A stretch of DNA of 64,000 nt from Balamuthia mandrillaris (taxonomy: Eukaryota), in assembly GCA_031835245.2 (NCBI GenBank), contig JAVKOQ020000023.1, forward strand, positions 62,001 through 126,000, read 5' to 3'. This document shows, piece after piece, positions 10,484 through 28,175 of this stretch. Within the stretch, counting starts at the first letter, position 1; each line of letters opens with the position of its first letter. Both the position numbers and the translations under genes were made by a program. The notes under the pieces are model-generated. The model did no database searches. It saw only the letters and a program-made list of their open reading frames with translations, and had not been told where the DNA came from.

Positions 10484-13400
10484 TCAAGGAAGCTCCACCA
10501 CCATCACGCTGATGTTGTCGGAACTGCCAAGAAGGAAGGCGAGGTCTCGCAATGCGGTGGCAGGAGAGACGTGACCTTCTATATCATACATAACGCCCAC
10601 TCCGCTTCCTCCATCCCGCTCGTTCTCATCCTCCATTTCCTTCTCGCCCTCGCAAGAAGAAGAGGAGGAGGAAGAACAAGAAGAAGAGGAGGAAGCAGGA
10701 GAAAGGAAAGGAGAAGGTGAGGGAGAAGGTGAAGGCGAACGGGAGGTTGGTGATCTTGTGGCTTGACCCTCGCGACCTATCTTCACAGAGCAAGTCTTCA
10801 GCACAATATTTACAGCGTCTTGGTCTGAGACCTCGTCCCATAGTCCATCACAGGCCATGATAAGAAAGCGAGGGCCTCTTGCTGAGGAAGAAGAACCGGA
10901 TACCAGGTTTACTCTGGTGCGAGAACGGTTTCTCTTAATGCGCCGAGGGCCGCGTCTTGCGCCTCTTCGCATGTGGCCGCCGCTGCTAGAGTCGTAGAGG
11001 GGTATTCTGTACACTTGGGGTTCGCACGTCACAAAAGGTTTGCATTTGGCATCTCCTAACGATCTGCTCACCGCCAAATCGTTTTGAACTCGTCCTATAA
11101 GTAAAATAGATATATTAGAACTACCGGTTGGCAAACAAGGAAAATCATGAAGAAAGAAAGGAAGAACGAAAAAGAAACCTTTTTCAGAGACAAAGCCACC
11201 AAGGCTCATGATACGATCCCGCTCCGAAGCAATAAACGGCGTATGATCCCTAGAAATTCTCTCCGCCACCCCGCTCATTCCTCCTCCATTCCCTCCTACG
11301 CTTCCATCCGATGATGCCTCACCCCATCCATTACAAAGAACAGCACGTGAATCACCAGCGTTGGCCACCCACAAGGCTCCTTCGTCGAGAGAGAGCCAAG
11401 CCACGTTGGCGGTGCAGCCTGACTCTGTACCCGATTGAAGGATGAGCTCGTCCAACTTGGCAAAAGTCTTGAGCAGTACTCGATCCATGTCGTCCCATTC
11501 GTTTATCTCATCTTCGTCGTCCTCGTCATTATACCGTTGTTTGCTTAGTTTCGCCATTTGTAACCTTTTGTCTCTTTTGTTTAACTGAGTATTTGTTGTC
11601 ATTTTTTTAGATGTTAGTCATACATAGAACGGAGAATGGAGAAAACAGAAAATAAGCATAAGAGAACAGAGGGAAAATAGCAAGAAGAAGGCAAAGAACA
11701 AACCATTTGCTCCAACACACCGCTTAAATGGATAGCAGCAAGTTCAGCAGCTTTGCTGCCTCCGTGCCCATCAAACACAGCAAACACGTATTCGTTGGGA
11801 TTACCTCGAAAATTCTTGTGAACCAATATTGTGTCTTCCATTTCGCCTCGATTGCCTCTCATCTCCGCCCAAGTTACGTAAACGCTTGGCGCAGGGGTGA
11901 ATCCACCATCAACTCGGTCAATATTTTCTCCACCTTTCTCTTTCTCTTTTTCCTCTTCTCCTCCATCAGAAAGAGAAATAGTAGGAAGGCCTGAAGACGT
12001 TGATGAAGTAGAAGATAAAGAGGAAGGTGTATCAGGTGACACAGTGACAGAATGTTCCGTGAGGTTGTGCAGGTCAAGAGGAACCCCTTCTTCTCTTTCT
12101 ACCCCATTACCGCCAGCAGTGGGGGATGGTGCTTTAGGCCGAGGAGGATTAAAAGGATTTCCAATAGTGCTAAACCAAGAGAGAGAATGTTGCGTGGACA
12201 ACTGGCGAATGTCGTTCCAAGGCACAGCACTGTAGGAGACGTTACAGTAGGATATTTTGAGATGGGTCAAACTGGTGAGCCGAATCAGGTCTCCTGGCAA
12301 GGTGGAGAGAGAGGGATTGGCGGAGAGGTCCATTTCGACCAGACGCCCGAGGCCGGCAAGGGACTGAGGGCAGGCGCTGAGCTGGTTGTAGGAGGCCTCC
12401 AACTCACTAAGGCAGTGCAGCATGTCTAGCTCGTCGGGCAGGGAGGTGAGGTTGTTGTCCGTCACGTCCAATACTTGTAGGTTGACTAACTTGCCTATGT
12501 CTGGTGGTAGCTCTGCCAAAAGGTTGCCTGAAAGGTAGAGATGCTGTTTTCGAAGCAATGGAGTGAGATGCGTTCAAACAACCACAGTAAGTAAAGGTAA
12601 GATGTACTTTTAACCAAGGTAACTGGAACACGCAGGTCGGGATTGACTTGAGGCGATTTCCTGAAATGGCAAGTACTTGCAGTGTGGTGAGATTGCAAAT
12701 GGAGTCGGGCAGAGTGGTCAGCTTGTTGTAGCCCAAGTACAACCTCTCCAGCCCCACCAAGTTGCCAATCTCCGAAGGAATCTCTGTGATTATGTTTCCG
12801 GCTAAGCTTAGGCGGGAGAGACTTGTCAAGAGAAAGGCCTCTTTGGGGAGAATAGAGATGAGATTGAGGCTCATTTCCAGTTCTTTGAGTTTGGTCAACT
12901 CTCCGAGGCAGGGGGCGAATTCTTTAAGCAGGTTCTTCCGAACATCCAACTGGCCTAGCCGTTGAAGGTTGCCTAAGGTGGGAGGCAGTTCCTCCAAAGC
13001 GTTATCTTGTACGGCAAGGACCAGCAGGTTTTCCAGCTTGCCGATGCTGTCGGGCAGGTGGCTAAGTTGATTGGATCCTAGGTATAGTCTTTGTAGCCGG
13101 TCCAAGCACCCTAACTCGTTAGGTAGACTACGCAGTCTAATAAAGATTGCATTAAAAGGCTTAGTTTAGGGTGTATTTCGTTCCTTTTGTTTCTCTCTTT
13201 CTCATTGCCTCTTTGATGACGTACCTGTTTTTGGAGAGGTTGAGTTCTGCAAGGGATGAAAGCGAAGAAATTTGTGGAGGAAGCGAAGTGAGGAGGTTGG
13301 CACGTAGGTTAAGTTTGCCAAGGTTTTGCAGCATGCCAAGTTCTGGCGGGATGCTCGTGAGCCGGTTATTATCCAGTTCGAGTTGGGTTAGAGCGGTGAG

Positions 13401-14310
13401 ATGGCCAATAGAACCAGGAAGCTCTCGCAGCGTGTTGAAGGACAGAAACAACGTTCTAAGTTTTTTCAACTTGCCCAGCCCTTGAGGCAAGCTCTGTAGT
13501 TTGTTGAACGCCAACTCGATCCTTTTTTTTAAATTAAAATAAAAGGAATGTAACAGGAGAGAACAAAGTTGAAACGATGGGATTTTGTTGGTTAGCGCAG
13601 ACTAGAAAAGAGGTTGCAAGCAAAGAAAGAAACCACAACACTGACATGACACACACACAACACAGCAAAACAAAGGAAAGAGAGAAATAAAAAAACCTTT
13701 CGAGTTCGACAGCATCTTCCAACTGAGGAGGAAGATGAGTGATGCGGTTGCCGCTGGCGTTGAGCCGCTTGAGGGCTAGAAGCGAGCCGATCATGCCGGG
13801 TAGGGTGTGCAGCTGGTTGGTGGCAATGTCCAGGTCGGTAAGGTTGCTGCAGAGGCCCACCTCCTCCGGGATGCTCTTCAGCTGGTTGACATAGACGACA
13901 AGCTTGCGGAGGGAGCTGCACCAGGCTATTTGTCTCGGCAGCTCTGCCAGCTGGTTCATGGAGAGGTTGAGCTCCTCCAGCAGCTGGAGGTTCTCAAAGA
14001 GGTCCTCGGGGATGGAGGCCAGCTGGTTGTTGGCCAGCTCCAAGCGGGTGAGGTTGGTGAGCTGGCCGAGCTCCAAGGGGATGGCTGTGAGCTCGTTCTT
14101 GTTGAGGGCGAGTCGTTCGAGGCGGGTCAATTTGCCGATCTTGGGAGGCAGCGCAGAGATCTTGTTGAAGTTGCCGATGAAGGTCACCAGGTGCTTGAAG
14201 GAGTTGATCTTGACGACGAGAAGGTGCTGGGTGGTGAGGCCTTGGTTGGAGAGGTCCAACCGCTCGCTGGATTTCAAATCTTTGCCTGGTTTGCCTTGCA
14301 GGTTGCCCAT
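10484..14310 (-). CDS. LRR-PP2C phosphatase (PHLPP-like architecture), N-terminal MG possible myristoylation
   Basis: More than 20 LxxLxLxxNxL repeats are followed by PP2C motifs EMEDT, FAVFDGHGG, SGCTA, VANAGDSRAVL, DH.P, LAVSRSLGD, MACDGLWD and GSSDNIS. The protein starts MGNLQGK. Confidence 0.92.
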
Positions 14311-14677
14311 CTTTTTTTTTTTTGTTATTATTTCGCCTCTTCTTTTTTCTTTCTTCCCAGAAAAACGCTTTAAAACCGAGACTGTTGCTTATTGACGGAC
14401 CAAGGGCAGTTCGTGGCTTGCTGCAAGCAAGCCACACGTACGCACACGTCCCACCAAACACACAACAGGCCCACAACCAGCACCGTCACCGTTCCCCCTT
14501 CTTTATTTTATTTTATTTATTTATTTTGCCTGAATAATTCACTTCTTTCTTTTCCAAGTCAGCAATGCTGAACCCTCTTGTAGATCCTGATCATGTGATC
14601 AGTTTTATGTCGACATTTAATATCATGACGACTTGAGAAGAGGCATTGCGGTGAGCGACGACGAGGATGGAGAACGC

Positions 14678-14751
<74 letters not shown>

Positions 14752-14985
14752 GTATGAGTGAGGCAAAGAGCAGAGCACAGCAGGTATCTGCTGTATTTGT
14801 CTGCAGGCAGTCCTCTCGCCCTGACCACTGAACAAAAACAAAACAAAACAACAACACAAACAAACAAACAAAACAAAACAAACAAACAAAACAAACAAAC
14901 AAACAAAAACAAGGCTGCTTCTGCCACTGAAAGCATCGTAACCAACAAACGCACAAACTTGAATGGATGGATGTTTTTCTGGTCT

Positions 14986-16764
14986 TTACTTTCTCATAGC
15001 ATGCCAGTGTTGGTGAAAAAAGTCAAAGTCGGGCTGAATGCGTGATTGCTCGTTTCCATCGTAGGAGAATTCCTCATCCGAAGGATACGTTTTTTCATCA
15101 ATGGCTTCCCATTGATTCCGCTCTACTTCTTCCTCTTCCTCTTCCCCTTCCTCTGCGCCAAGGCCATCGTAACCGTACAGCTCTCCTTTTGGTTTTCTGT
15201 AGCCGTAGAGATAGCGGTCTTCCTCGTCGTCGCTGGAAAGGTCCACCTCGCTGCCTATTCCCTCTTCCTGACTGGAATCTTCTTCCTCTGGATACTCATA
15301 GTCTGACTGATCTGCAGCTGTATATTGTATATTACAGTGATCGCATATTTAGAGTAAAAGGAAAGGATGATGATGATGAAGAAGAAGAAGAAGAAGAAGA
15401 AGAAGAAGAAGAAGAAGAAGAAGAAGAACAAGAAGGACAAGAAGGACAAGAGGAACAAGAAGAAGAACAAGAAGAAGAACAAAGAGAACAAGAACAGGAA
15501 GGAAACGAATACGACAAAGAGGAAGAAAAGTAACAAAGGAGATTCAAAAAACAGGAACCCAAACCATTTGAATCATCTGTTTCATCTTCAGAATCAGAAG
15601 GATCATACTCGCCGTGCCAAAGACTTCGTGCTGAAAAACTTTCAATGGATATCCTGTGTGTAATGTGGTTTTAGCAACTGAATCCAAAGTGTTTGACAGG
15701 AGAAACAACGTACACAGCCTTGGCGTCATCTAACTCTTCCCTTTGGGCGTTATCATCAAAATAATAAATATCATATACATACTCTCCATCCTCCTCTTCT
15801 TCTTTCTCTTTGTCTTTCTCTTTTCCGCTCCTGTCTTTTCCTCGTGTTGTTGCTTTTGCTGGTTCTTTGCTACCTTGCCAATGAGCGTGCAGTTCTTCTT
15901 CCTCATCATCCAGGGTGCTTCCCTGTTCGTGTAAGTAGTCTCTGAGCATTGGCAAATAGTTCGCGAGCATCATCTCCTCTTCCTTTGCTTCTTTCTGTAA
16001 TAGTGGTGTTTTTTCTGCTCGCTGTCTACCCTGTTTTAGGTTTGGGGCAAATGTTTTTTTGGTTGGTCGTTCTCGAGAGGCCAAGGTCCCTTGTGATGAT
16101 GATGGAAGATAAGATTCTTCTCCTTGTTTTTCAAGATCTACGATGTGATAGGATGGTGCTCCACCTCCTTCCTCCTCCTCCTCTTCCTCTTCTTCTTTTG
16201 CTCTGCGTAGCTTTGCTTCTTGCTGGGCGCGTTTCTTTCATTTTTAAAAAAATAATGAGAGAGAGAGAGAGAAACGAGAGCAGAGAAGGAGTAGTCAGAA
16301 GAGAGAGGAGAGAGAGAGAGAGAGAGAAAAGAGAAGCACATACGATGGCCAGTTCAGCAGGATGGCCTGCAGTGGTGGAGTGTGCTAACCGGAAAAGCTT
16401 CCGCCTTGGTGCTGCTCCGTTGATCTCAGTTTCCAAGTTTCGCCGCCTGTTCTCGTCCTGCTGAACAAGTTTGGTTTCATCTTCTTCTTCTTTCTCTTTG
16501 CCAATGGATGTGAGGTCTCGCAACGCAGATGCAAGTTTGCTGACACTGACCCGTTTTGTGGGCCTCGGATTTTCCACAATCACTTTTTTTTTTCAGTGGG
16601 TTTTTTTTGTGTGAGAAGAGAGCAAGAGAGAGCGAGAGCGAGAGCGAGAGCGAGCGCGTACCCAATGTGTCTGCAGGTTGTTCGGTCCTCTTACGCTTCA
16701 CCCGAATGAAGGTTGGCTTCAACAACGAAGACGGTCGTGCACTTGCAGGCTCCTCTGTGGTCAT
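14986..16764 (-). CDS. IWR1: RNA polymerase II nuclear import factor Iwr1/SLC7A6OS-like
   Basis: N-terminal IRVKRKR..P...L.VE, central YVYDIYY and acidic DDSN-AADQSDYEYPEE (cf. DSN.E....DYP) are reconstructed over 5 exons. Confidence 0.8.
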
Positions 16765-17024
16765 CTTTGCAACTTGCGCAGTTAAACGTGCACTTGTTTG
16801 TTTTTTTTGAGGCCTGCTGTCTCCTATCCTGTCCTCCCCTAAGTCTACCGCTTTCATGGACGTGAGCGAGGACAGCGTTGGGAGGGAAAGGCGAAAATCA
16901 GGTCGTCATGACTATGTGAACTTCCCGCCAAAAAACCATATTGTCGACAGCAAAGAGAAAAATTTGACGAATTTTTTGGGTTGTTTTCATTTGTTTGGAG
17001 TGAGTCAGGATGGATGGCAGCGCT

Positions 17025-19430
<2,406 letters not shown>

Positions 19431-19828
19431 CCTTTTCCTTTCTTTTCGTTTCTTTTTTTTTGTTTGTGCGAAATGAGATTGCTTGCATCGGGTGTCGAAC
19501 CTATAATACGTATTTTCCACGACGACATGAAGATTTTCTTTTGTCGACATGATCTCCATTTTTGATATCTGTTTTCTTCCTTATTTTGAAAAAATTCGAT
19601 TGGTGGTTTGAAATTTTTGTCAAAGATCAAATCGTTGCACCGCTGTAATGCCGATTCAACCAGCAAACGAAAACATGAGGGCGTAACAAGAGAGAGAGAA
19701 GCAAAAAGCCTTTTTGTTTTTTCGCTCGTTCTAAGGGTAAAGCGTACAACAACCACAACAAAAACAAAAAAAAGGAGGAGTTTTAAAAGAAGAAGAGAAG
19801 AAGAAGGAAAAAAAGCACAGCTGTGCCT

Positions 19829-21644
19829 TCAGAAAGTGGTGATGGATTTGGAGGGTTGGTTCATGCGTTTGGTAGGCGGGGTCAGCGGTATGCTCTGAAA
19901 GGCATCCTCCAGCTCCTCCTCCGAAATGGCGGCAGCCCCGCCGTTGGAGGTGAGCTGCGGTTGAAACCTCTGGGAGGAGAGCACCACCTCCTTCCAGTTC
20001 CGCTTCTCCAAAGTCCTCACGTTCTCCGCCGGACCCAGCTCCATTTCCAGGTAATGCAGCAGCAGGAGGAGTTGGTCGTCCACCCTGGCGCCCCAGTAGG
20101 GCTCGATGGGGACGGCGTTGCCGTAGTTCCTGGTCCACGTGCTTGGGGTGTCGTCTATGATCAGCATCTTTTCTCTTAGGTAGCCTTTCCGCCTTAGTTT
20201 TCTCAAATCCTTGATCACCACTCTCTATAATAAATTTTACATTAAAAGTTAGAAAAGAATAAAAGAATAAAAGAATTTAAAAAAAGCAATAAAGAAAAAA
20301 TAATAGAAAAAGAAAAAGAAAAGAAAAAAATTAAAAAAAGAAAAAAGAAAAAGAAAAAAGAAAAAACACCCGAAAATAAATAAATGAAAGAGAAATGAAA
20401 AATGGAACCTCCAAATGAACACGACAAACAATAAAAGAAGGAAAAACTCCTTCGCGAATGACAACAAAAGAGAAAGCATTACCTCCCCCGTTACAGCACA
20501 ACTTTTGTTGGTACATCTTTCAGCAGAGTATATAAATTTGAGGCGCCTTGGGTCGGCGAAGATGTTCTGAACGACCTTGGCCGCGTACTCGCAGCCGGAA
20601 GCCGTCCAAACCCCGACCTCGAACCACTCCAGCAGGGTATCCAGGAAGAGCTTCAGGTAGGGCCTCTTGAAGACAAAGATCTCGTCGTCGAACAAGCTAA
20701 AGTCGTGCGGCTGGTGAGGACGCGGACGGAACTCGCTGTGAATGAGAGTCCCATCCAAGTCCAACACGATCAGCTTGTCGAAGCGTTTCTTTGTGGCAGA
20801 TAAAAGAGGAGAAGGAATGAGAGAAGAGGTCCCTGTTCGTTCGTCATCTTCCATGGCCTCTACCTCGGTTTCGTTTTCTGAAGGGTTGGATTGAAACTCC
20901 TGTTGTTGGTGTTGGTGAAGTTGGTGTTGGAGTGGAGGAGCGGGTTTCTTTCGCTTCTTCTTTTCCATCTTGCGAAGGCGGCGAGCCTCCAATGTTGCTT
21001 CTCGGGAAAGGACCAGCGGTCGTGTGGGAGGAGCTCCTCCTTTTCTCTTCTGAGAGTTGTTGCTTTTGCAGTCTTCCACTTTTTCTTTTTGTTTCATTAT
21101 TTCTCGCTCTTCCGCCTCCTCTTGTTGCAGTCGTTGTTGTGGCAATTCTTCTCCTTCCTCCTCTTCTTGCTCTTCTTCTCTGGCGGTGTTCACGTGGAAG
21201 GCGCCTTCTTTGAGGTGAATGGCCTCCGTTCTGGAGATGACGACCTCGAAGGTGGTTCGCTCGCTGGCCGGAGAGGTGCAGATGGAGGGAGAAGCAGAGG
21301 CGGCCGCGCTGGACCGGGATTTCTTGTGGGAGAGAGGTTCTGCTCCTTCAAACTCCAATTGGTCTTCCATTTCCTCTAGCCGACTTTTTTGGTGGTAGGC
21401 CTCTGTGAAAACTTTGCTGTCCTGTTTTTTGTGGTTGTAGAAGGAGAAATAGTATAGCAGTGAGGGAAAGGTTCCGCGGAAGACTCCAGCCCCTTGCATA
21501 GTTTTCTTCGTTATAGGGGCGCTCTTTTTTTCCAAAACTTCAAGAAACAAAAGGGGAGAAGAATAACAAAAAACCAAGCGGAGAGTCACGAAAGAGAGAG
21601 GGAAATTGTGGTTTTCGGAGGCTTACCTTCTTGGCTTTGCTCAT
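19829..21644 (-). CDS. NIF/FCP1-homology HAD phosphatase (CTD small phosphatase-like)
   Basis: LIVLDLDGTLIHS, KRPYL..FL, VWTAS, IKDL, LIIDD.P, NAVPIEPY..DDQL. Likely first exon ACCACCATG-SKAKK|gtaag splices in frame to DSKVFTEAY. Confidence 0.88.
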
Positions 21645-22032
21645 GGTGGTCAGAAGACTTATGGTCTTTTCTTGGTTGTCCTCCCGCTTATTCTTCTTTT
21701 GTTTGTCTTTGGAAATTGGTTGCGTTACAAGGGGCGAAAAATGGGACATTGCATTTCATAATTAATTCGTGATTGCTATTTCTCCCCAAAGAAATGGTCG
21801 AGGGCGACCTATGTCTAACGTTCACCCCGAGATCACCTCGAGACAATTTTTCTGCTACCATATCCCGTTACGAGATTCAGGGAATCCCTCTCTCTTGTCC
21901 TCTCCCATATCTGATCTCTTATCCGATTGACTTTCGTGACGACACGTAAGTATCGTGACGACATGAAAATTTTCAGACACGCAAAAATAAAAGAGAAGAA
22001 AGCGAGAAAGAGAGAAGATACGGAAAGGAAGG

Positions 22033-23857
<1,825 letters not shown>

Positions 23858-24101
23858 TGAGGATTCAACGCACCCCACGTTTTTGCTGAGCTCTCCCTCC
23901 CCAATAAAACAAAAGGTTTCTCTCTCACTCCTCGCATTGCAATGGGTCCTTTCTGCTCCCCATTATCTGTGTCGTCGTGAACCCTTTTCCCGCCAAAAGG
24001 CACCTCGCACACACCTCCCTCCACGCTAACCTTTGAAGGACGAGCCCAGAAAGCAAGAGAGAAAGAAAGAGCAGCAACAAAAAAAAGAAAGCAAAGGCCC
24101 T

Positions 24102-25736
24102 ATGACGACTTTGGCGTCGGAGAGACATTGCGGCGTGCGGGTAGTTTGCCGCTTTCGTCCGGAGGCTGCCACTGCAGCAGGATCGCGCGGACGGGTCTCC
24201 ATCGCGCCTGCATCTCAGCAGCTTGCACTCGATTCGCGGGTGGAGTTCCTCTCGGAGGACACGATTCAGGTCCATCGCAGCCCAGCTCTCCCTTCCGCTT
24301 CCCCTTCTTCTTTCTCGTTACCATCGAGCAAGAATAGCAAAGAAAGATTCACCTTTGATCGGGTGTTTTGGGGACACGCCGCCACACAGAACGAGGTTTA
24401 TGAATACACAGCCAAAGAAACCGTTGAGTACGTATCTTTCTTTGAAGAACAATACTGGGAGCTGTTTAACGCGTGGATTGTTTTTTTAAAAACCAGGGAT
24501 GTGCTGAAAGGTTACAATGGAACGATCTTTGCGTACGGCCAAACGGGAGCAGGCAAAAGCTTCACCATGTTTGGGCCAACTTTGGGCGACCCTGAGCTGC
24601 GTGGCATTATTCCTCGTGCTTGCACGTACAAATCCGAAACTCCTCTCTCTGTCTGTCTCTCTCTGTCTCGCTCTCCTTCCTGACCCCCTTTTCTGCGAAG
24701 GCAACTGTTCGCACACATCGCACATGACCGCAACTCAGCAACAGAGTACACCACCAAGTGCTCTTTTCTGGAGATCTACAAGGAACGTGTAAGGTTACTT
24801 CCTGTGCACCCACAATGATAGTTTGTTCGTTCAGAGGAAGAAGTGTTGGAGTTGTTGCAATTTGGAGAGAGGTTGCGATCTGTTGCCGCTACTGACATGA
24901 ATGTGTTGAGCAGTCGGAGTCACACGTATGTTCTCGCCATCTCTTCTGTCTCTGGTCTGCTTTCTCAGCTATAACTGATGGATGTCTGTTGCAATTTCAT
25001 AAACAAAAGGCTATTCACAATAACGGTTTAGCAAACACTAAGAGATGGGTCCACAAAGATAGGGAGCTTGAACTTGGCAGATTTGGCAGGGTCAGAGAAA
25101 GTGAGCAAATCAGGAGCAAGCGGAGAAACGCTGGAAGAAGCCAAGAAGATCAACCAATCCCTCAGCGCCCTGGGGAACTGCATCTCTGCTCTCTCCAAGC
25201 TGCCCAAAGGAGCCAACCCGCCGAGCCAAGCAGCAGCCACCAGCAAGCACATTCCTTATCGGGACTCCAAGCTGACATTCATTCTGAGGGAATCGTTGGG
25301 AGGGAACAGCAAGACCACTTTGGTCTGTGCTTGTTCTCCACACTCCTCCAACTTGGAGGAAACTGTTTCCACTCTTCGTTTTGGTCAAAGGTTTGCTTCT
25401 TCTTGTTCTCCTTGTTCTTCTTCTTCTGCTTCTTCTTCTTGTTCTTCTTCTTCTCCCCTTTTTCCTTGTTTTTGATATTCTCTCCTTCTTTTGGGTCCCC
25501 TCTCACAATAGCTGACCCATTTTACAGGGCAAAGAAAATCAAGAACACGGTTCAAGTGAACGAAGAGCTATCTGCTATCATTGCCAAGCTTAAGGAGGAA
25601 GTAGCCATGCTCCGCAGCGGAATGGAACCAACTTCTGATCCTGCTGCTGAGACAGTGGACATGCTTGAATTGGAAAAGTTACGGAACTCTTCCAATCTAC
25701 GAATAGAAGAATTGAAAGAAGAAATGAAGGCTGTAT

Positions 25737-25778
<42 letters not shown>

Positions 25779-26312
25779 CCTCCCTCCTGGTTCTTTATAT
25801 GAGTTTTCTTACATTGCCATTCGCTTCTATGGTACGCCTTTCTTTTAAGCTGGAGAACAGAGAAAAGGAATGTATTTCTATGACAACACAGATGAAAGAA
25901 GAACTGCAACAGAAAGATGAAATCATATCGAGGATGACTAGTGAGGCAGCCATTGCGAAGGCTAGCTATCTTAAGGAACTTAACCAAGCGGACAGAGCCA
26001 CAAAGCAACTGCAGTTAGAGGTAATATTCCTTTCGAGTTTACCTTTTCACTGTTTGTCTGCATGAAGTTTACATGTGCTCTTTTTTTTAAACAATGCAAA
26101 AGATGGAGCAACAGGCAAGAGAGTAAAGCATTAATTGAGCACAACATATCTTTACAGATGAATGTGAAGGAGGGAGCAAACAAAGTTGCTGCTTTGCAAG
26201 CAGAGAAGCGGTCTCTATTGAAATATAAGGCGCGGCTGCTCTGCAAGAATGAACTCACTGAAGAGCGTCTTCAAGCCTGCCGAAAGACCCTGAAAGATCT
26301 CCAATTGCAACG

Positions 26313-26348
<36 letters not shown>

Positions 26349-26520
26349 CTCTTTCGATGTGCTAAGCATAAACTATGAAATACCGCAGTAACGGACTTAC
26401 TGAAAACAACTGAAACTCTTAGGTGCAAGAAACGACAAGCCAAGGTGGAGCGAAACGAGGCCTTGCATCTACTAAATACAATGAAACTACAAAATAGGCA
26501 ACTAGAACGAAAACTAAAAC
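24102..26520 (+). pseudogene. Damaged tandem duplicate of the downstream kinesin
   Basis: P-loop [13 protein letters not shown] and DLAGSE are present. Thirty codons (VRDLLNP...NLTEE of the paralog) are missing at 24789-24821, and a 1-nt deletion gives TAA at 26124-26126 when the homologous acceptor is used. Confidence 0.7.
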
Positions 26521-27029
26521 AAGAACAAAAACGAGAACGGGAACAAGAGCGAAAACGAGAACGAGAACGAAAGAGAGAACGTGACCGAGAGCAAGAAAGA
26601 GAAAGGGAACGAGAAGCAGAACAAGGAGAAAGGGAACGGCAACGAGCACACGAACGAGAGCAAGAACAAATTCGAGAACAAGCACGTCAAAGACAACAGG
26701 AAAGAGAACAAGAACGGGAAAGAGAACGAGAAGACGAACGAGAGCAAGAAAGAGAACGAGAACGAGAACGAGAACGAGCACAAGAACGAGAAAAAGAACT
26801 GGAACGAGAACAAAAACGAGAACAAGAATGGCGTCGCGAACAGCAAGAATTAGAACGTCTGCAACAAGAACTGAAACAAATGAGGTTTTCCCTAGAAGCG
26901 CTACAACGAGAGAGTCAGAAACAACAAGTGCCAGAACAACTTCAACCTCAACCGCTATCACAAGAACAAGATGGCCAACTGCAACCAACGCTCTCTCCAT
27001 CCTTCCAACAAAGCACCTCGCACGATCCA

Positions 27030-27937
27030 ATCACACCATGCTACTTTTGTCCTTGGTGTGAATGCTCCCCACAAACAACACAGAATGACCAAACAGCTGC
27101 CACAAACAGGGCACACCACCAACATGTCCCTCAACAGGACAAGCGCTTTATGGCGGAAAAGAGGTTGATTGCCAGTGGAGATGTTCCGGATGCCTCAATT
27201 GTTTGCCAGGATTTTGCCACTGTAACAGACAAGTTAACCCAATACCCAGTCCTGTTCTTTTGTCGATACACTCACGACCCTTCAAAGTACGATGGCCTTG
27301 GCCGCCATTATCGTGTGTTTGTAGGAGGACCACATGACAAGGTACTTACCATTTATGAAACGGTGTCCATATCAAAACTTACCACCAACCCTAGCATCTT
27401 CAGAATCTTCCTGCCTTAATATGCAGTGCATGGCTTCAGTTGGCAAAGGAGCGATTCTTCGGTGCAGATAGGACCACTATCTCCGTTTGGAGTAACGGCC
27501 AAAGCAAATGTTTCAACATGACGCTCAACCTACTCTTTATGAGCAAGTTGCAGGAGGTTCATCCTGAGTGGAAGTTTATTTACAACTTTTTCGATTCCCA
27601 TCATACCAAAGATAGCTGCGCCGCTCTCACGGCGATTGCTGGCAACGCGTTCAGAACGTTGGAGAGAGACGACGAATGTACGCATACCCACCAGCTCACA
27701 ATGTCTACGCTGGAGTGCATCTCTTTGCCCAGAGAAGGTGACTGCCTCCATCGAGCCCAACCAACACCAAGGTACTACAAGTACCTATTTCCTCAGGCCG
27801 GTGAGATGCTGGCATTCGAGGCAAGCGACGACCAAGCACCAAAGGAAACGTTATGCCGGACAGAAGAAGAAATATCAAGCTGTTTCCCCTTCTTTAACCC
27901 ATCCTCAACAACGGCCACTTTGTGCCCGACGGAATGA
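27030..27937 (+). mobile_element. Degenerate DDE/D transposase-like relic (Sola-like motif pattern), one intron at 27342-27403
   Basis: CPWC, then IVCQDF, HDK|NLPALICSAWLQL, ISVWSNG (cf. WSDG) and YNFFDSHHTKDSCA (cf. FF...HGK..CD). The apparent second and third catalytic Asp are substituted. Confidence 0.55.
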
Positions 27938-27970
27938 GCAATACACACATCTCTCCTCTCTCCTCTCTAT

Positions 27971-28032
27971 CCTCGCTCCTCTCCAGGCCCTTGTCCTCGC
28001 TCTTCTCCAGGCCCTTGTCCTCGCTCTTCTCC
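27971..28032 (+). repeat. 24-bp tandem repeat (about 2.5 copies)
   Basis: The unit cctcgctc(c/t)tctccaggcccttgt is repeated. Confidence 0.9.
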
Positions 28033-28045
28033 TCTCTCTTGCCCT

Positions 28046-28099
28046 AAGTTGCTTCCTAAGCGGCGCGCGTTCGAATCTCGCTCCCCGCAGCGTTTTTTT
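28046..28099 (+). pseudogene. 3' half of a type II tRNA (Leu-like) with Pol III terminator
   Basis: Variable-arm hairpin ttgctt-cct-aagcgg, T-arm gcgcg-TTCGAAT-ctcgc, acceptor strand tccccgc, discriminator A, then T7. No matching 5' half (GCGGGGA plus D-arm) was seen upstream. Confidence 0.6.
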
Positions 28100-28175
28100 G
28101 TAGTTCCGCGTGGAATTTTTCGTGACGACGTGATTTAGGAACAAAAAATAAATAAAAAAAGAGTAGCGGACAAAG

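Noticed and set aside
10484..14310. Fungal-type adenylate cyclase (LRR+PP2C), or functional linkage to the AGC kinase
   Set aside because: No cyclase domain follows the PP2C (the stop comes right after it). The 36-kb distance to the kinase gives no evidence of linkage.
13592..14476. Overlapping antisense and alternative-frame ORFs over GC-rich exons (also 17073-17663, 45814-46917, 54354-55016)
   Set aside because: These are shadow ORFs caused by codon bias of the real genes, with no recognisable motifs.
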